A DNA stretch of 64,000 nt from Octopus vulgaris. Taxonomy: Eukaryota. Shown here piece after piece: positions 1-13,112 of this stretch; position 1 is the first letter of the stretch, and each line of letters starts with the position of its first letter. The notes under the pieces were generated by a model. It saw nothing but the letters and a program-made list of their open reading frames with translations. It searched no databases and was not told the origin of the DNA. The position numbers were made by a program, and so were the translations under genes. The stretch covers positions 87,110,001-87,174,000 of the forward strand of contig OX597816.1 in NCBI GenBank assembly GCA_951406725.2, read 5' to 3'.

Positions 1-265
1 AATGTCTGAAGCTGGTAAAAGATAAAAGAAATATTTTTTTCCTTCTTTGGTAAAATATGACCAACATATCTATTATTACGACATAGACTGATTCTGTTTT
101 CATTCCTTTCATTGAGGTTATCTTTATTTCTAGATCTTTATACTTGGATAGTTTCTTCATTTCTTACAGAAATAGCATATTGTTGTCTGGTGGAATTGAT
201 TACATCGATTAAAAAGCATTTTGCCAGGTGGTTTTTGACAGCATCTATGCCATGTTACCACTATT

Positions 266-505
266 TCAACTACTGCTGCTTCTACAGAAAACTACGGTTA
301 CTAGCGCCGCCACCACCACCACTACTATTACAACCATTATTATCACTACTACTGTTACTACTGCTATAAACGCCACCACCAGCACGATCATGCAACTGCT
401 GCTGCTATTACTACTACAAATGCCATTGCCATCGCCACCATGTCTACTACCACCACTATTACTGCTAATATTACTGCTACCACCCCGACGAACAATAATA
501 ATAAT
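266..505. repeat. Cryptic trinucleotide repeat (CTA/CCA/ATA)n
   Basis: Directly visible. Confidence 0.85.
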
Positions 506-509
506 TTTT

Positions 510-675
510 TCTGCTATAAGCACAAGGGCTGGAATTTTGAGAGAGGGAGGGAGGGAGTCGATTGCATTGACCCCAGTGATCCACTGGTACTTTCTTCATC
601 AAATCAGAAATTGTGAAAAGCAGTCAACCTCTTCGGTGTTTTAGCCTAGAGAGTAAAGGCGAAAGAAATGCCACT
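510..675 (-). mobile_element. tRNA-SINE family A, degenerate copy
   Basis: Matches the family consensus (ataggcacaaggcctgaaattt...gtcgattacatcgaccccagt...ggtact). Confidence 0.7.
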
Positions 676-699
676 GGCGAAAATTTCTTAAAAGGCTAT

Positions 700-2404
700 T
701 CCAACTGCCATTTATCTACTGATTCTTTTAAACCCCCACACTACATGGGAATTTTTTTCTCATAGCTTTATAAACGCCTGACGAAGTTTTGATTAGAAGT
801 TTGTCCTAGAGGGTTTTGTGGAAGAAATCCTCAAATTTCTTTCCCTCTGCCTCTATTTTGTTTTAGTTTTGACTTACAAAATCCATCAATCCACTGTTGC
901 ACTTGCTGACAACGGTGAAATTGATGGATACATTTCGTTGACAGTCTGATAAATACTCTTGATTTTGAAGGTTCATAACTGATTGCTTCTGTGTTTCTGT
1001 GATTTCATGTTGTTGATGATGTAGCTTTTGAGGTTGCTGTTCTTGTTCTCTTTGTTTTTTTGCTGAAGTGGTTGTAAATTGTGTTGCAGTTGTTTCTGTA
1101 TATCTCATTGTTGAGGTCTTAGAGTAGGTCTATGTACGCTCCTCTTCTCTCGCCTACCCCGTTTTGTCACTGTGATCCATTTTTCGTTCAGCTCTTCTTT
1201 CTCCATGTCATTGCAGATGATATTGGTTTGGGAGGTAGACTCCTTTTTTATCTCAGTTTGCGAGTGGGTGTCGTCGTGGCTGTAGATGTAGATGTAGCAG
1301 TCTTGAGCACTTCATGATTTTGCGATTGTGGTGATTGTAGTTTTGGCAGCAGTGGGAGCTTAGTTTTTCTTGTTTCCGGACAGAAAGCCTTTAAGTGAGT
1401 CACAGATCTACATATGTGGAATCTTGGCTTTCTGCCCTTCACAAACACTGACAGATGAGTACCAGCCTGGAGATCAATTAGATCGGGCAACTAGTCGATA
1501 TGGTCTTATTTACATTGTAAGGTCAGTTCCATACCTATACCCGACCAGTTTTGCTTAGGTATTTCCTTGACCTCAAAGATTGTTACTTGTCTTCTTCTTA
1601 ATCTGCTAAGACGGCCACCACTAACTAGTTGATGGATATTTCTGGAGGCACATTCAACACCCTAACGTTAGCAAGAAGTTTGGCCACGATAACCGGAGAT
1701 AAAGTGGTCGCGGAATGACATTTGGCTTATTCTTCTGTCCCAAATCTCTCTTCAGTAGTTCCAAACTTTTTTCCTCAGGTCATGTAGGTCTTCTGTTCCC
1801 GCACGTGCCCAAGGCATTTTTGTATTTCGCTCTCAGGAGCATTTTCCACCCAGCGTTATTTAACTCCGATGCAATGGTATGTGACCTTGCATCTCAAAAT
1901 ATTCTCTATCCCGTCGGATGAAGGTTTTAGGGCTACCTTTCTCCCATTCCTTTTAGCAATTTTCCTTACCATTTTAAAATCTTCATCTCTACGGAAACCC
2001 TCTAAATTTCTCGCAGCAATCGCAAAAGAAACTGTAGCAGAGGCGTTCTTGGCGGCCGTGGCAGTGGTGATATTCGTGTTTCTAAGCTTTACATCTTTAG
2101 TATCATCATCGTCGTCGTCGTTGTTGTTGTTGTTGTTGTTGTTGTTATTGTAACTGCAGTTGTTGTTGCTACTGATATTATTGTTGTTGTCGTCACCGAA
2201 AGTTTTGACGTTGCTTAGAGACGAAACAGTATTCGCCTCGGTGACGTCATCAAGTGTAGGCCATTCTATATATTTGTTCTCATTTTTCTCCGACAAGGAA
2301 CCCTGCCCATTCTCAAACATTACAATGACTTCTTTATTAGCCATCTTTAAAAATTGAAGAACATTGCAAAATATTTGCTTTTGCCGAAAGTAATTAAAAT
2401 TCAA
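700..2404 (-). mobile_element. Decayed ORF1 (gag-like) of an L1/Tx1-type non-LTR retrotransposon
   Basis: Chain of same-strand ORF pieces (1856-2404, 1248-1490, 863-1108). Contains a degenerate CCHC knuckle GRKPR-F-HICRSVTHLKAFCP followed by a low-complexity T/Q/K tail. Frameshifted; no ORF2 seen. Confidence 0.55.
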
Positions 2405-2578
2405 AAATTATTGATGTTGCAGCCTCTGCAAAACAGAGAATGTTTCTACACAAAAATATTATCTGAGCAGTCCAGACAATCTCAGAAAAGTGATGGTAAC
2501 AATAAAAGCCCGAGAAGATTACAAACACTATTTAAAGTTACACAGCTTCAAATTTTCGTAACTTTACAGTATGGCGGC

Positions 2579-2640
<62 letters not shown>

Positions 2641-2643
<3 letters not shown>

Positions 2644-3125
2644 CGATATGTGCATCTCTGATCATGACGATATGTGCATCTCTGATCATGACGATATGTG
2701 CATCTCTGATCAACCTTAACCAGTTGAGCATGTCTCTTAGTGGATGACGATATGTGCATCTCTGATCACGAGCAGAAGTAGTGGGGAGCATCATAGCCAT
2801 GTGTTGAGAGGGATTCTTTGGGGTTTGAATAGTTCACCTCTGGAAACATGGGTGGTTCTTTCAACATCCTTAAACAACCCTTATTCAGGGACCGTTTGAG
2901 CGGGATGGGCTACTCAACCTGAAGAAGATTCTAACTGGGCCCCACCTGCAAGGTCATGTGCTGTTTATCTTGATATGAGATCACCATGTCGCGCACATAT
3001 GGTTGTGATGCATGTGCCTGGTGTACCCTTATCAGACGGGTAGTCATGATGGGTATATTGGGCTTCGTATATTTTACCCCAGTGTCACCCTGATGGTATG
3101 AACTGCTCTCTCACTCAATAATAAT
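2641..3125. mobile_element. Unclassified interspersed element between (AAT)n tracts, with a triplicated 24-mer at its left end
   Basis: Higher-GC block bounded by (AAT)n. tgacgatatgtgcatctctgatca occurs at 2641, 2665, 2689 and 2745. Confidence 0.55.
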
Positions 3126-3137
3126 AATATTAATAAC

Positions 3138-3342
3138 CCTTTCTACCATAGGCACAAGGCCTGAAATTTGAGAAAGGGAACAGTCGATTACGTCGACCCC
3201 AATATTTCGCTAGTATTTAATTTATCGATCCCGAAAGGTTGAAAGGCAAAATCGAACTCGACGGAATTTGAACTCTGAGCCTGAAGACAGACAAAATATT
3301 AAACATTTTGCCCGGCGTCCTAATGATTCTGCCAACTTGCCG
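3138..3342 (-). mobile_element. tRNA-SINE family A (short-tail type)
   Basis: B-box-like gagttcaaattcc on the minus strand; family core and tail present. Confidence 0.85.
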
Positions 3343-3345
3343 CAT

Positions 3346-3529
<184 letters not shown>

Positions 3530-3530
<1 letters not shown>

Positions 3531-3860
3531 ATGATTTCATTTATTTGCCACAAGGGCGAAGGATGGGGGCGACTATACAGAGACAGACATAAAGTGTGGG
3601 GGTTTACTTATAATGAAATGATTAAAAAAAAGGAAAGAAAGTATACACGGTATACACTGAAAAAGAAGGGACATATGCATAGTATGAAAAGGTTTTTAAA
3701 AAAAGCGGGGTGGAGGTTGATAGAGATGCAGTCCTCCTGGTACAAAAGGACCTCCTGGGATAATCGAGGAACCCCACTGTCCGAGAATTCCCTGAACACC
3801 AAGAGCAAGTGCCATCGTCAAATCCCTCTCTCCAACTTACAGTTTCTCAGGACATGAAAA
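3530..3860 (-). mobile_element. Probable LINE 3' UTR fragment ending in (ATT)n
   Basis: Minus-strand end gcccttgtggcaaataaatgaaatcatc runs into (ATT)n and resembles the long tail of SINE A. Confidence 0.45.
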
Positions 3861-4419
3861 GGAGTGTGCTGCACTTTCATATCCCGAATCATATAGGATT
3901 TTATGCAATCTACAGTAACGGTGCAGTCGATACGCCTGGAATAGGAACGAGAACGTAAATTTGCTGCACAACATCACTTTGTGTCAGCTCCCATTTATGG
4001 TGCTTTGAAGTACTGTGTACTACTATAACTATATACATCCAAGCTTTAATACAAGCATATTACTCTACCTTTGGTATTCAAGTACTATTTTTCCACCTTC
4101 TTTTGCACTTACGTGCTCACCTGTGTGTATGTGTATATAGGTATACTGTGTGAGTTCGTGTGTGTGTGTGTGTGTGCCTCTGTGTATGCGTGTGTGCCTC
4201 TGTGTATGCGTGTGTGCCTCTGTGTATGCGTGTGTGTTTTGCGTCTGTGTAATACTTCCCCCACCACCGCTTGACAACCGTTGCTAGTGTGTTTACGTTC
4301 CCGTAACTTAACCGTTCAGCCGAACACTCCGATAGAATGAGTACCAGGATTTAAAGAAAAAGGGGTACTTGGGTCGATGCATTCGACTAAAATCTCTTCA
4401 ATGTGGTTCTCCAGCATAG

Positions 4420-4751
4420 GTGAAGTCTTATGTATGAAACAGGTAAGAGGGCAAAGACTCCCTTATGTCATGAATGATCATGGGATTACACCTAGAAAGT
4501 TCCCCTCTGAGGTACAAGTCCGGGCAGGTTTGTTTATGGAGGACCAGCAGTCACCTATACATACCAGTCCCCACCGCCCCTCCACGCCACCGAGGAAAGG
4601 TAAAGGCCGATACAGTTTGACATCAGTGACATCGCAATCCCTTTCTACAGCTGAGTGAAATAAAGTGTCTTGCTCAAGAACATAGCGCACAGCCTGGTCT
4701 GGGAATTGGACTCACTACCTCATGGCTGTGACCACTAAGCCATGCGCCTTC
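4420..4751 (-). mobile_element. tRNA-SINE family C
   Basis: Minus-strand head ggcgcatggcttagtgg..., core ttcttgagcaagacactttatttca. Homologous copies at 14735-15041, 44225-44480 and 58261-58509. Confidence 0.8.
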
Positions 4752-4806
4752 ACATACAGAAAAATATGTGAATATGTGTGTGCGCGCGCGTGTATGCGTG
4801 TGTGTA

Positions 4807-4838
<32 letters not shown>

Positions 4839-5274
4839 CATCTGTTTCTGGCAATCTGTAGATTAATCTCTGGAAAGCAACTGGATATCCAGGTATGATT
4901 CCATCTGGAAAGATACCAACTTAAAGCAATAATCTAACATCTGTGGGAAAAGCTAGTTAAATGCCGGTATGACGGTAGTGCTGATGGTGGTAACGGTGCT
5001 ACTGTTGTGACGTAGGTTGTAGCGGTGATAGTGGTGGTAGCGGTGAGTGTGTTAGTTATGGTCGTAATATAGATAGTTTTCACATTCACGTTGTTGTTGT
5101 TATTATTACCAGTGGTAAGTGTGATGGTAGTAGCACTGCCAGTGTTGTCTTACTTTAAGCTTGGGTCAAACATAATCAAGCAAAACTCTAACGAAAAACA
5201 TTCCAGGCATTCTTTTTTAGTTAAAAATAATTCAGTATATACAGTTCGTGCACATCTAATTGGATAGTGTTCAG

Positions 5275-5497
5275 TACGTAGGGGTGCTGAAAAGTTCCTG
5301 GCTTTGGATAACAGAAGATACAGGAGAATTAGTTAATTATGATTTTATTCAGTATATTCCCGTCTCAGATTCGCAAGCTTACTATAAGCGGTCCTTCAGT
5401 TTTTTCTAGAATCTGTAAAAGAACTCGGAAGGTTGGGCTCCCAACTAAGCTGTTCGCGATACCCTTAAAGCCAAGAAGTTTTCAGAACATACACGTA
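5275..5497. mobile_element. Mariner-derived MITE (~220 bp)
   Basis: TIR of the form TA-cgagggggtgctgaaaagttcctggcttt, TA ends. Four copies in the window. Confidence 0.85.
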
Positions 5498-6039
5498 TAT
5501 CCAATTTGTGTTTTCTAGTTTCTAAAACGATAGACGTTAATTTGAAGAATATCCACTCGCTATTTCTACTAATTCTAGTGGTTGTGTCGACGCTCGCTAA
5601 TCTTGCTGTCATTTCTAACGCTACAGGTGGTGACTTGAGACATGCAGTACCAGTTTCGGAACTAACAACTGGATGATATTATGTTGCACTTGTTTCACAC
5701 CAGGTTTGTCCTCATCAGACCCCACCACTTTCAAAACCTTTCCAGCAATGACTATCTCATGTCTTTTTTGTTTTTGGTATAGTTTTTGGTTGCTACTACT
5801 GTAGTTGTTGTTGTTGTTGTGTTGTTGTTGCTGTTGTTGCTGCTACATCACACCACCTCGCACACACTAGCACTGACCACTTCCCAGCACCCGCACCATC
5901 ATCCACACAGCTACACATGCTCACACGCACACGTCAAGGTCACCAGTCCCTATCCACACATACATACACGCTCTCAGATACACACACACGCGCACTTTCG
6001 TTTTGGGATCACCACTACTTTTCTTATCCCTTCTTCTTC

Positions 6040-6270
6040 CTAGCTCTGCTGTCTGAGCACCAGTGTCCGGCATTCGCCATGATTGATCGCTAGCCACTAA
6101 ACCATTTTTTATTTTCTCTCTCTGCTTATTTCTGTGTTCCTCTCTGTTGAAGAGCGTAGGCTCGAAACGTAAAACACTTTCTCACTTTCCGCGCGTTAAA
6201 CTAATACATCTGTTTGTTGTTTACGCACCCGTCTTCGTCTTCTGTTTTTTTTCTGTAAATTCAATTTATA
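6040..6270 (+). mobile_element. PLE pLTR-like fragment with a variant hammerhead motif at 6144-6171
   Basis: CTGTTGA-A-GAGC-GTAG-GCTC-GAAAC-GTA (core A6 replaced by T). Homologous to 56520-56680; ends in TA/(TAGA)n. Confidence 0.55.
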
Positions 6271-6271
6271 T

Positions 6272-6306
6272 AGATAGATAGCTAGCTATCTAGCTAGCTA
6301 GCTAGC

Positions 6307-6399
<93 letters not shown>

Positions 6400-6400
6400 T
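6272..6400. repeat. (TAGC)n-(TAGA)n compound microsatellite
   Basis: Directly visible. Confidence 0.95.
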
Positions 6401-6480
6401 ACATGTATATATCCCACCGCTGCCAGGGTAACTTTTAACGGTTGTGCTTCAGTATGACCGCTGCTTTGAAGCTGAAAAAG

Positions 6481-6513
<33 letters not shown>

Positions 6514-6827
6514 AATTTAGAACAAACAGTAGGTTGCCATTCTAGTACTCAGAGTTTCGAATGTCGGAGCGGAGAGCTACGATGCATTCTCGTCGTTTAT
6601 TAATGGCAATAGACACTATGAAAACTGCTGAATAAAAGGGAAGTTACTCTAATAGGTAGAAAAAGAAAAAAGATGAAAATTACACGCATATTCTCATCTT
6701 GCGTTCATAACGTCTACATACGTACTCGCGCACACAAACATGTATACGTACATGCACATCCACACACAAATAATATATGTGCATGTACGTGCTCATTCAT
6801 ACACACATATTCGCACACACACACATG

Positions 6828-6862
<35 letters not shown>

Positions 6863-7020
6863 ACGCAACTTCATCATCATATACGCATGGGTGTTTGCAT
6901 GCATACTCGTAACAATAATATATATTTAGACATTTATGCATATAAATATACGTATATATATATACAACCATACATACACACTCCCGCATAAACGTATATA
7001 CACACACACATATATATATA

Positions 7021-7084
<64 letters not shown>

Positions 7085-7142
7085 CATACATCTTTATCAT
7101 ACACCTACACCTGCACATATACAAACAAATGCATATCCAAAT

Positions 7143-8150
7143 AAATGATAAATGTCTATCTATAAGTGACAAGAAATATTTACCTATATTAAAGGTCACT
7201 TCGGAGGAGTAAGAGGGTGTGAAACAGATAACTTTCCTGTGTCTATGTTTTCTTTTCTTTATTTCTGGCCTAATAGTAGGTGTGTAAGCTATCTCTTCTT
7301 TAAATCCACTAGCTTTAAGAGCAGTGTTATACAGTGGGGTAGCATTATTAAATATGTTTATATTGGAAGAGAGGCTAGAAATTATCCTACTAATGTTCTT
7401 GACTAAATTCTTAAACACTATGGGGGTGGCAGCAACCTACATTAATATAGCTAAATCGATCGTTGGGCTTTCTATTGGGTTTGTAAATATTCTTTTGTAA
7501 ATCTAGAGACACGTCAAGGAAATTGATAAGCGTCAGGGTGGTGTCAATTGTTATGCTAAGATCGAATGTTTTCATAAGATGGATAATATTTTCCTTGCGC
7601 TGGTCCATTAGTATTCTTAGCTTAAGTTAGAGCATCATCCCTATAAATAGCGAAATATACCCCAGGAAAAGCTTACTTACGTGTCAAGCAGGAATAGCAC
7701 AATGAGATCGCATATCCCTGCTCCATCATATGACCCTATGCTCACATCGAAAGAACCCTCTATGTCTGCTGTCTTGACTCACTCTGTGTTCTTGCTGAAG
7801 AATAAGGCATTTCTAGCATAGAGGATTATATCCTTATCTTGTTCACAAATCTCTGTAAAATCGCCTGCGAAAGTGAGGGCTTTATCCAGCAGTTTTCTAG
7901 AAATAGTTGCATAGAAATCTACAAAATCAAATTGTGTGAATCTTGCTTTATTCTGATTTCTAATTGCTTTAAAGCTGTTAACAACTTCTATACTATTGGA
8001 CCATTGTACTAAATTAGTTGCGCCTCTAACTTTAGCATTGGGTTTTCTTAAAATTTCCTTACTAATTATACCAATTTCTGATTTTGCAGGGATAATTAAT
8101 CTTCATTTAGGATTAGATAGGAAGTTCTTTTTATGGTTCTTAGTTATAAA
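7143..8150 (-). mobile_element. Penelope-like element reverse transcriptase remnant
   Basis: Motifs in order on the minus strand: LIIPAKSEIGIISK, QFDFVDFYATIS, FDVSIGSYDGA, AIYRDDAL (7634-7645), INFLDVSLDL...KPND...HP, RKVICFTPSYSSEVTFNIGKYFLSLIDRH. Frameshifted; truncated before the GIY-YIG domain. Confidence 0.85.
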
Positions 8151-8302
8151 AGCCTCTTTTTTTTTTTTTTTTTGAAGGATCTCTATTTTTTTTTTCTAAT
8201 TTAAACCTAGCGGCGATGATACATACACAGAATAGGTTGTCAAGTATAAAATTTATAGAAAAGAAAAAAAAGTTTGCTAATGTTTTATAAATACATGGAA
8301 TA

Positions 8303-8925
8303 GTTTTATTCATCAAAGCATGCACCCTTATTGTCATTACACTTTTGCCATTTCAGTGGTAGCTTGTACAGCTCGGAACTGTAAAAGCCTAGAGTCAATA
8401 CAATCTTGGAAGGCCTGTCTTACAGCATCGTCGGAATTAATATTTTTCCTATGAAAAAGTTATCCAAATTCTGGAAGAAGTGGTAGTCAGTTGGAGGAAG
8501 ATCAGGTGAGTATGGTGGATGATAGAGAACTTCCAACTCCAACTCCTATAGTTTCTTCAATGTCATTTTTGCGATGCGTGGTCTCGCGTCGTCTTGCAAT
8601 AAAATAGGAGTTGACTAATCTAGGCATTTTTTTTTTTTGTAAGTTTCTGCATCATTTGGTCCAGTTGGCTGCAGTATACTTCGGTCGTGATTGATGAGCC
8701 AGGTTTAATGAAATTTTAATGAATCACACCTGCTCCAGACCACCAAACACACACCATCAGCTTTTTTTTTATGAATTCTGCGTTTTGGACTGTTTTGGTG
8801 GCTCGTCTTTGTCCAACCATTGTACGGTTTTATTCATCAAAGCATGCACCCATATTGTCATTACACATTTGTCATTTTCAGTGGTAGCTTGTACAGCTCG
8901 GAACTGTAAAAGCCTAGAGTCAATA
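8303..8925 (-). mobile_element. Mariner transposase C-terminal fragment
   Basis: KLMVCVWW, ILLQDDARP, VLYHPPYSPDLPPTDYHFF and KLPLKWQKC...FDE* are mariner DD34D-region motifs. Confidence 0.85.
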
Positions 8926-9137
8926 GAATAAGTACTGGGCTTACAAAAGAATAAGTCCCGGGGTCGATTTGCTTGATTAAAAGGCGGTGCTCCAGTATGG
9001 CCGCAGTCAAATTACTGAAACAAGTAAAAGAGTAAAAGAGTATATACTCACACAGTACACATTCACACAATTAAAAAGTAAAAAAAAGATAAAATGAAGA
9101 AATATATATAAAAATAAAAAATTAAAGGAAGTTAAGA

Positions 9138-9247
<110 letters not shown>

Positions 9248-9277
9248 TGTATGTATGTATGTATAAACTTCTTTTTA

Positions 9278-9465
9278 CTAGTTTCAGTCATGTGACTGCG
9301 GCCACGCTAGAGACTGCTTTGAAATTTTAACCGAATATATATCGACCCCAGTACTTATTACTTTAAAGTCTGGTACTGACTCTATCGGGGGATCTTTGCC
9401 GAACCGCTAAGTTGCGGGGATGTAAACACACCAGCACCGGTTGTCAAGCGATGGTGAGGGACAGT

Positions 9466-9480
<15 letters not shown>
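9278..9480 (-). mobile_element. SINE family B, 3' half
   Basis: Reverse complement of the 28780-28970 segment. Other partial copies at 4255-4420 (+) and 8926-9040 (+). Confidence 0.75.
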
Positions 9481-9498
<18 letters not shown>

Positions 9499-9527
9499 TA
9501 TATATATATATATATATATATCTATAT

Positions 9528-9579
<52 letters not shown>

Positions 9580-10437
9580 CCCAAGGGATGTTTGTTACTT
9601 TACCCTTGAGTTGAGAGACTTGTAGAGTCCTTAGTTTGCTCCTATTCCTTTCAATACCACTATCATACCATAACAGGTCTGTTCAATAGCCGTACACCTA
9701 CCTCTAAACAACCACACCTGAGACAACAACGTCATACACATAGCTAGTTATTCAGAGTATAGTTACGTGCTTTCTGGCAGTGCAGTTGAATCTCCGTATT
9801 GGTTGACCATTGGTCTTAATGCTTCACTTCATTTAGTTACTTTCTTTTGCATTCCGAATTCATTTCCTGCTGACAACCACATTCCTTGTCATTTTCCTGC
9901 AGTTGATAAAACATGTAGAACTATACTCTTTCCATAAAACTTGTCTTCTGCCAAGTTAAACATTTTCCCTTGACAAATCGAAATTAATATCTGGAAATAT
10001 TTTTGCGTATGTAGTACTGCGAATCAAATTTTGCACCAAAGTGAAGTTTCGATAAAGTCGGCTCTAGTCTGTTCACATCGTACACTTACATTGAAGAGAT
10101 CTGCAATGAACAACAATGCCGTTTATTAACTTTGCATCCGTGCAATTGAAACATGGAAAAAGCGTTAACTTGTCATGTCCACTTGTGAATGACGACTATG
10201 GCTTGAAGGATATTTGTGCGAATTTTATTTTAATGAATGGATTGTGCAGGAATGTCGGGTGGTGCCAAGATTCTGGAGTAACCGCCCTAGGAAAGTTGTT
10301 CTGATACCAGTTATATAGAGTTTTTTCATGTATTTGGTGTCAAAAGCACGAACTTTAGACCAAATTATCACAAAATTTTTGTAAGTAAATAGCATTAGAC
10401 TAAATTCGTGCAATTTTAATCTTGAAAAGTATTAAAT

Positions 10438-10578
10438 AGCAACCTTATTACAGTTCTATATTTAAGAGATGAGGAATTATGTACATTATTTACATTATTT
10501 ACGATTGACGGATATTTGTCCTCATCTTATTTGTTGTTAATATCTGTCAATTGTAAATAATGTAAAGCAACCTTATTA
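10438..10578. mobile_element. 115-bp insertion with a 13-bp TSD and an internal inverted end
   Basis: agcaaccttatta at 10438-10450 and 10566-10578. tacattatttacgattgacggatat is inverted as atatctgtcaattgtaaataatgta. Confidence 0.7.
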
Positions 10579-11084
10579 TAGTGTAAATTGTAAGCTCCAG
10601 TACAAGAGAATTTATCACAAACTCACGTTCGATTCCTCTGCATACCTATTACCACTAATATGGGTTTTAACACGGAGCCAGAAATTTTAGAAGACACTAG
10701 TTAGCTGATTGCATCGACACAGTGATAAAGTGGTATTTAATTTCTCAACTCCAAAAGAATCAAAGGTAGACAATATCAAGCTTGTGAGCATTGAATTTCA
10801 GAAAATAAATGCCACTAAGGATTTTAGTCTGGTGCGCCAACGATTTTGCCTGCTCACCATCTTAATAGTTCCCCTAAAATCACTAACATAAAACATAAAT
10901 TTTACACTTAGTACTGCTTAACCCATGAATCCATCTATCATTAGCGGCGGGAACTTCTGATTGGAAATCGACAGAGAAGCCTGTATGTAACCGCTCCACT
11001 TGTGAGAAAAAAAATTCACAACTTTCGCACAACCCACATTTTACCATCATATAAAACACAAGGGTTCATTACATAATTGTTTTC

Positions 11085-11545
11085 TAAAGTTTGGCGCAAG
11101 ACTAGCAGTTTTAGTGGTAGGGAATAAGTCAATTAAAGCAACCCCAGTGCTCAGCTGGTACTTTATTTTATTGATTCAGAATGGAGAAAAGGCAACGACG
11201 ACTTCAGCAGAATTTGAACTCAGAACATAAAAGCAGAAAAAAATGGCATTAAGCATTTTGTAAGGCATGCAAACGATTCCGCCAGCTCGCTGTCTTAAGC
11301 CCGCATTAGATAATCTTTTCTACTATAGGCACAAAGCTTGAAATTTTGCGGCAGGGAACTAGACGATTACATCGGCCCCAGTGTTTCACTAGCACTTAAT
11401 TTATCAACTCCGAAAGGATGAAAGGCAAAGTCGACCTCCGCGGATTTTGAACTCAGAACACGAAGACGGACGAAATGCCGCTAAGTATTTTGCTCAGCGT
11501 GCTAACGATTCCGCCAGCTTGCCGTCTTGAGACCGCATTAGATAA
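11085..11545 (-). mobile_element. Two adjacent SINE A copies
   Basis: Copies at ~11085-11297 and ~11315-11528. The second is flanked by ccgcattagataa direct repeats. Confidence 0.85.
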
Positions 11546-12173
11546 CACAATACAAGATCTATGGTCAGAAAATAAAATGACCTGTACTCATGACTGGAAT
11601 GTTTTGATCATCGGTTACCTTAATCAAGGTTGACAGGAGGTCAAACAACAACAAAAAAAAGAGCTCTGATACGACTTCATTGAAAATACCAAACAAATTA
11701 TCTTTCATGTGTATTTCAGGATATATTGATGGGAATTCCCTGTATTCGGTAAAGTGAGGTAGGAGATAATGTTGGAATCGTTCTAACCTAAAACTTTATG
11801 ATAACGAAACATATATCAGTTAAATTTTGCTAACTTCATTTGTGCCGAATTTGGCAACATTGATAGCGGCAGTTAATAGCAGGTGCGAATGGAAGTGAGT
11901 AGATAAATTTTAACATTTCAAGATGGATTAAAATATGTGCGTGCATGTGTGTTTGTGTGTGTGTATGCGTGTGTGCATTTTGGGTGTACAAACAGAAAGA
12001 AAAAAAAAGAACATTTAACACATGTAAGAAACGAAACTTGAAACGCGGGATGGCGCCGACGAAGTAATTAACCAACTTCAGCGGATTATTTACATTTCAA
12101 TATATTTATATACATCTAAACGCAGGTGTCTGTCTGAATGCAGAAATATACATAGATAGATGTATACATATAT

Positions 12174-12215
<42 letters not shown>

Positions 12216-12949
12216 AATTTTATATGACATCTATGTATAGATATATATACATGTGTGTATACATATATTTGTGTGTGCCTGTGAGTGTGTGTTTGTGTGT
12301 GCATAAATATGAATATACATATGTGCTTACATTGTGTGTAATTAGTATGAATGTTTGTGTGCGCATACGTGTATTCAAATGCACATAGAGATGGGTGTGT
12401 TTCCGGTATATAAGTTTATATATAGAACGAGAAACGAACGATAACTTTATCTGACTGCACTGCTTTACTAAACAAACGATAAAGTTAATACAAGTGTGTA
12501 AGGAGTGTGTTCGTGTGGGGGGGAGTGCGTGTGTAGGGCGAGTACGCTCGTGTACGTGCGTGCGTGTGTGTGTATGTGTCTGTGTGTGTATGTGTGTGTG
12601 TGTGTGTGTTGGTTTTTTAGGCATCAATATCGGTGATGAGAGAAAGAAAGAAGGAAAGAAGCTGAGAGATATTGAGTTGCATATAAATACATATACAAAT
12701 AAAAGGATATATATTTCTGTGCGGGCAGGGTTTATGTATTTGAAAATTTCCCCAGTGGGCCTTCTGTTGGCTACTATATTTAAGGTGGTGAGCCGAAAAT
12801 AATTTTTAATCAATAGAAATGTATACTTGTATTTCTGACTATTTACATAGACACTTTCGAGGGGACATAGTGGAACGCTTCTTTGCAATTGAGTACTACG
12901 CTTAAATGCACTTACATAATGCACACAAGCATAGACACAGACAGACTTG

Positions 12950-13009
<60 letters not shown>

Positions 13010-13048
13010 TAATATATATATACATAGAGAGAGAGAGAGAAGGTGAGA

Positions 13049-13112
<64 letters not shown>

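Noticed and set aside
778-800. CTGACGAAG core-like sequence
   Set aside because: No downstream stem II or GAAA.
5685-5725. Minus-strand CTGATGA...GAAAC resembling a hammerhead
   Set aside because: Stem II is mismatched, the triplet would be GUG and there is no stem I. It overlaps a different short repeat also seen near 5160, 11580 and 54540.
10116-10304. 62-aa ORF in unique sequence
   Set aside because: No recognisable domain or splice context; the length is expected by chance.
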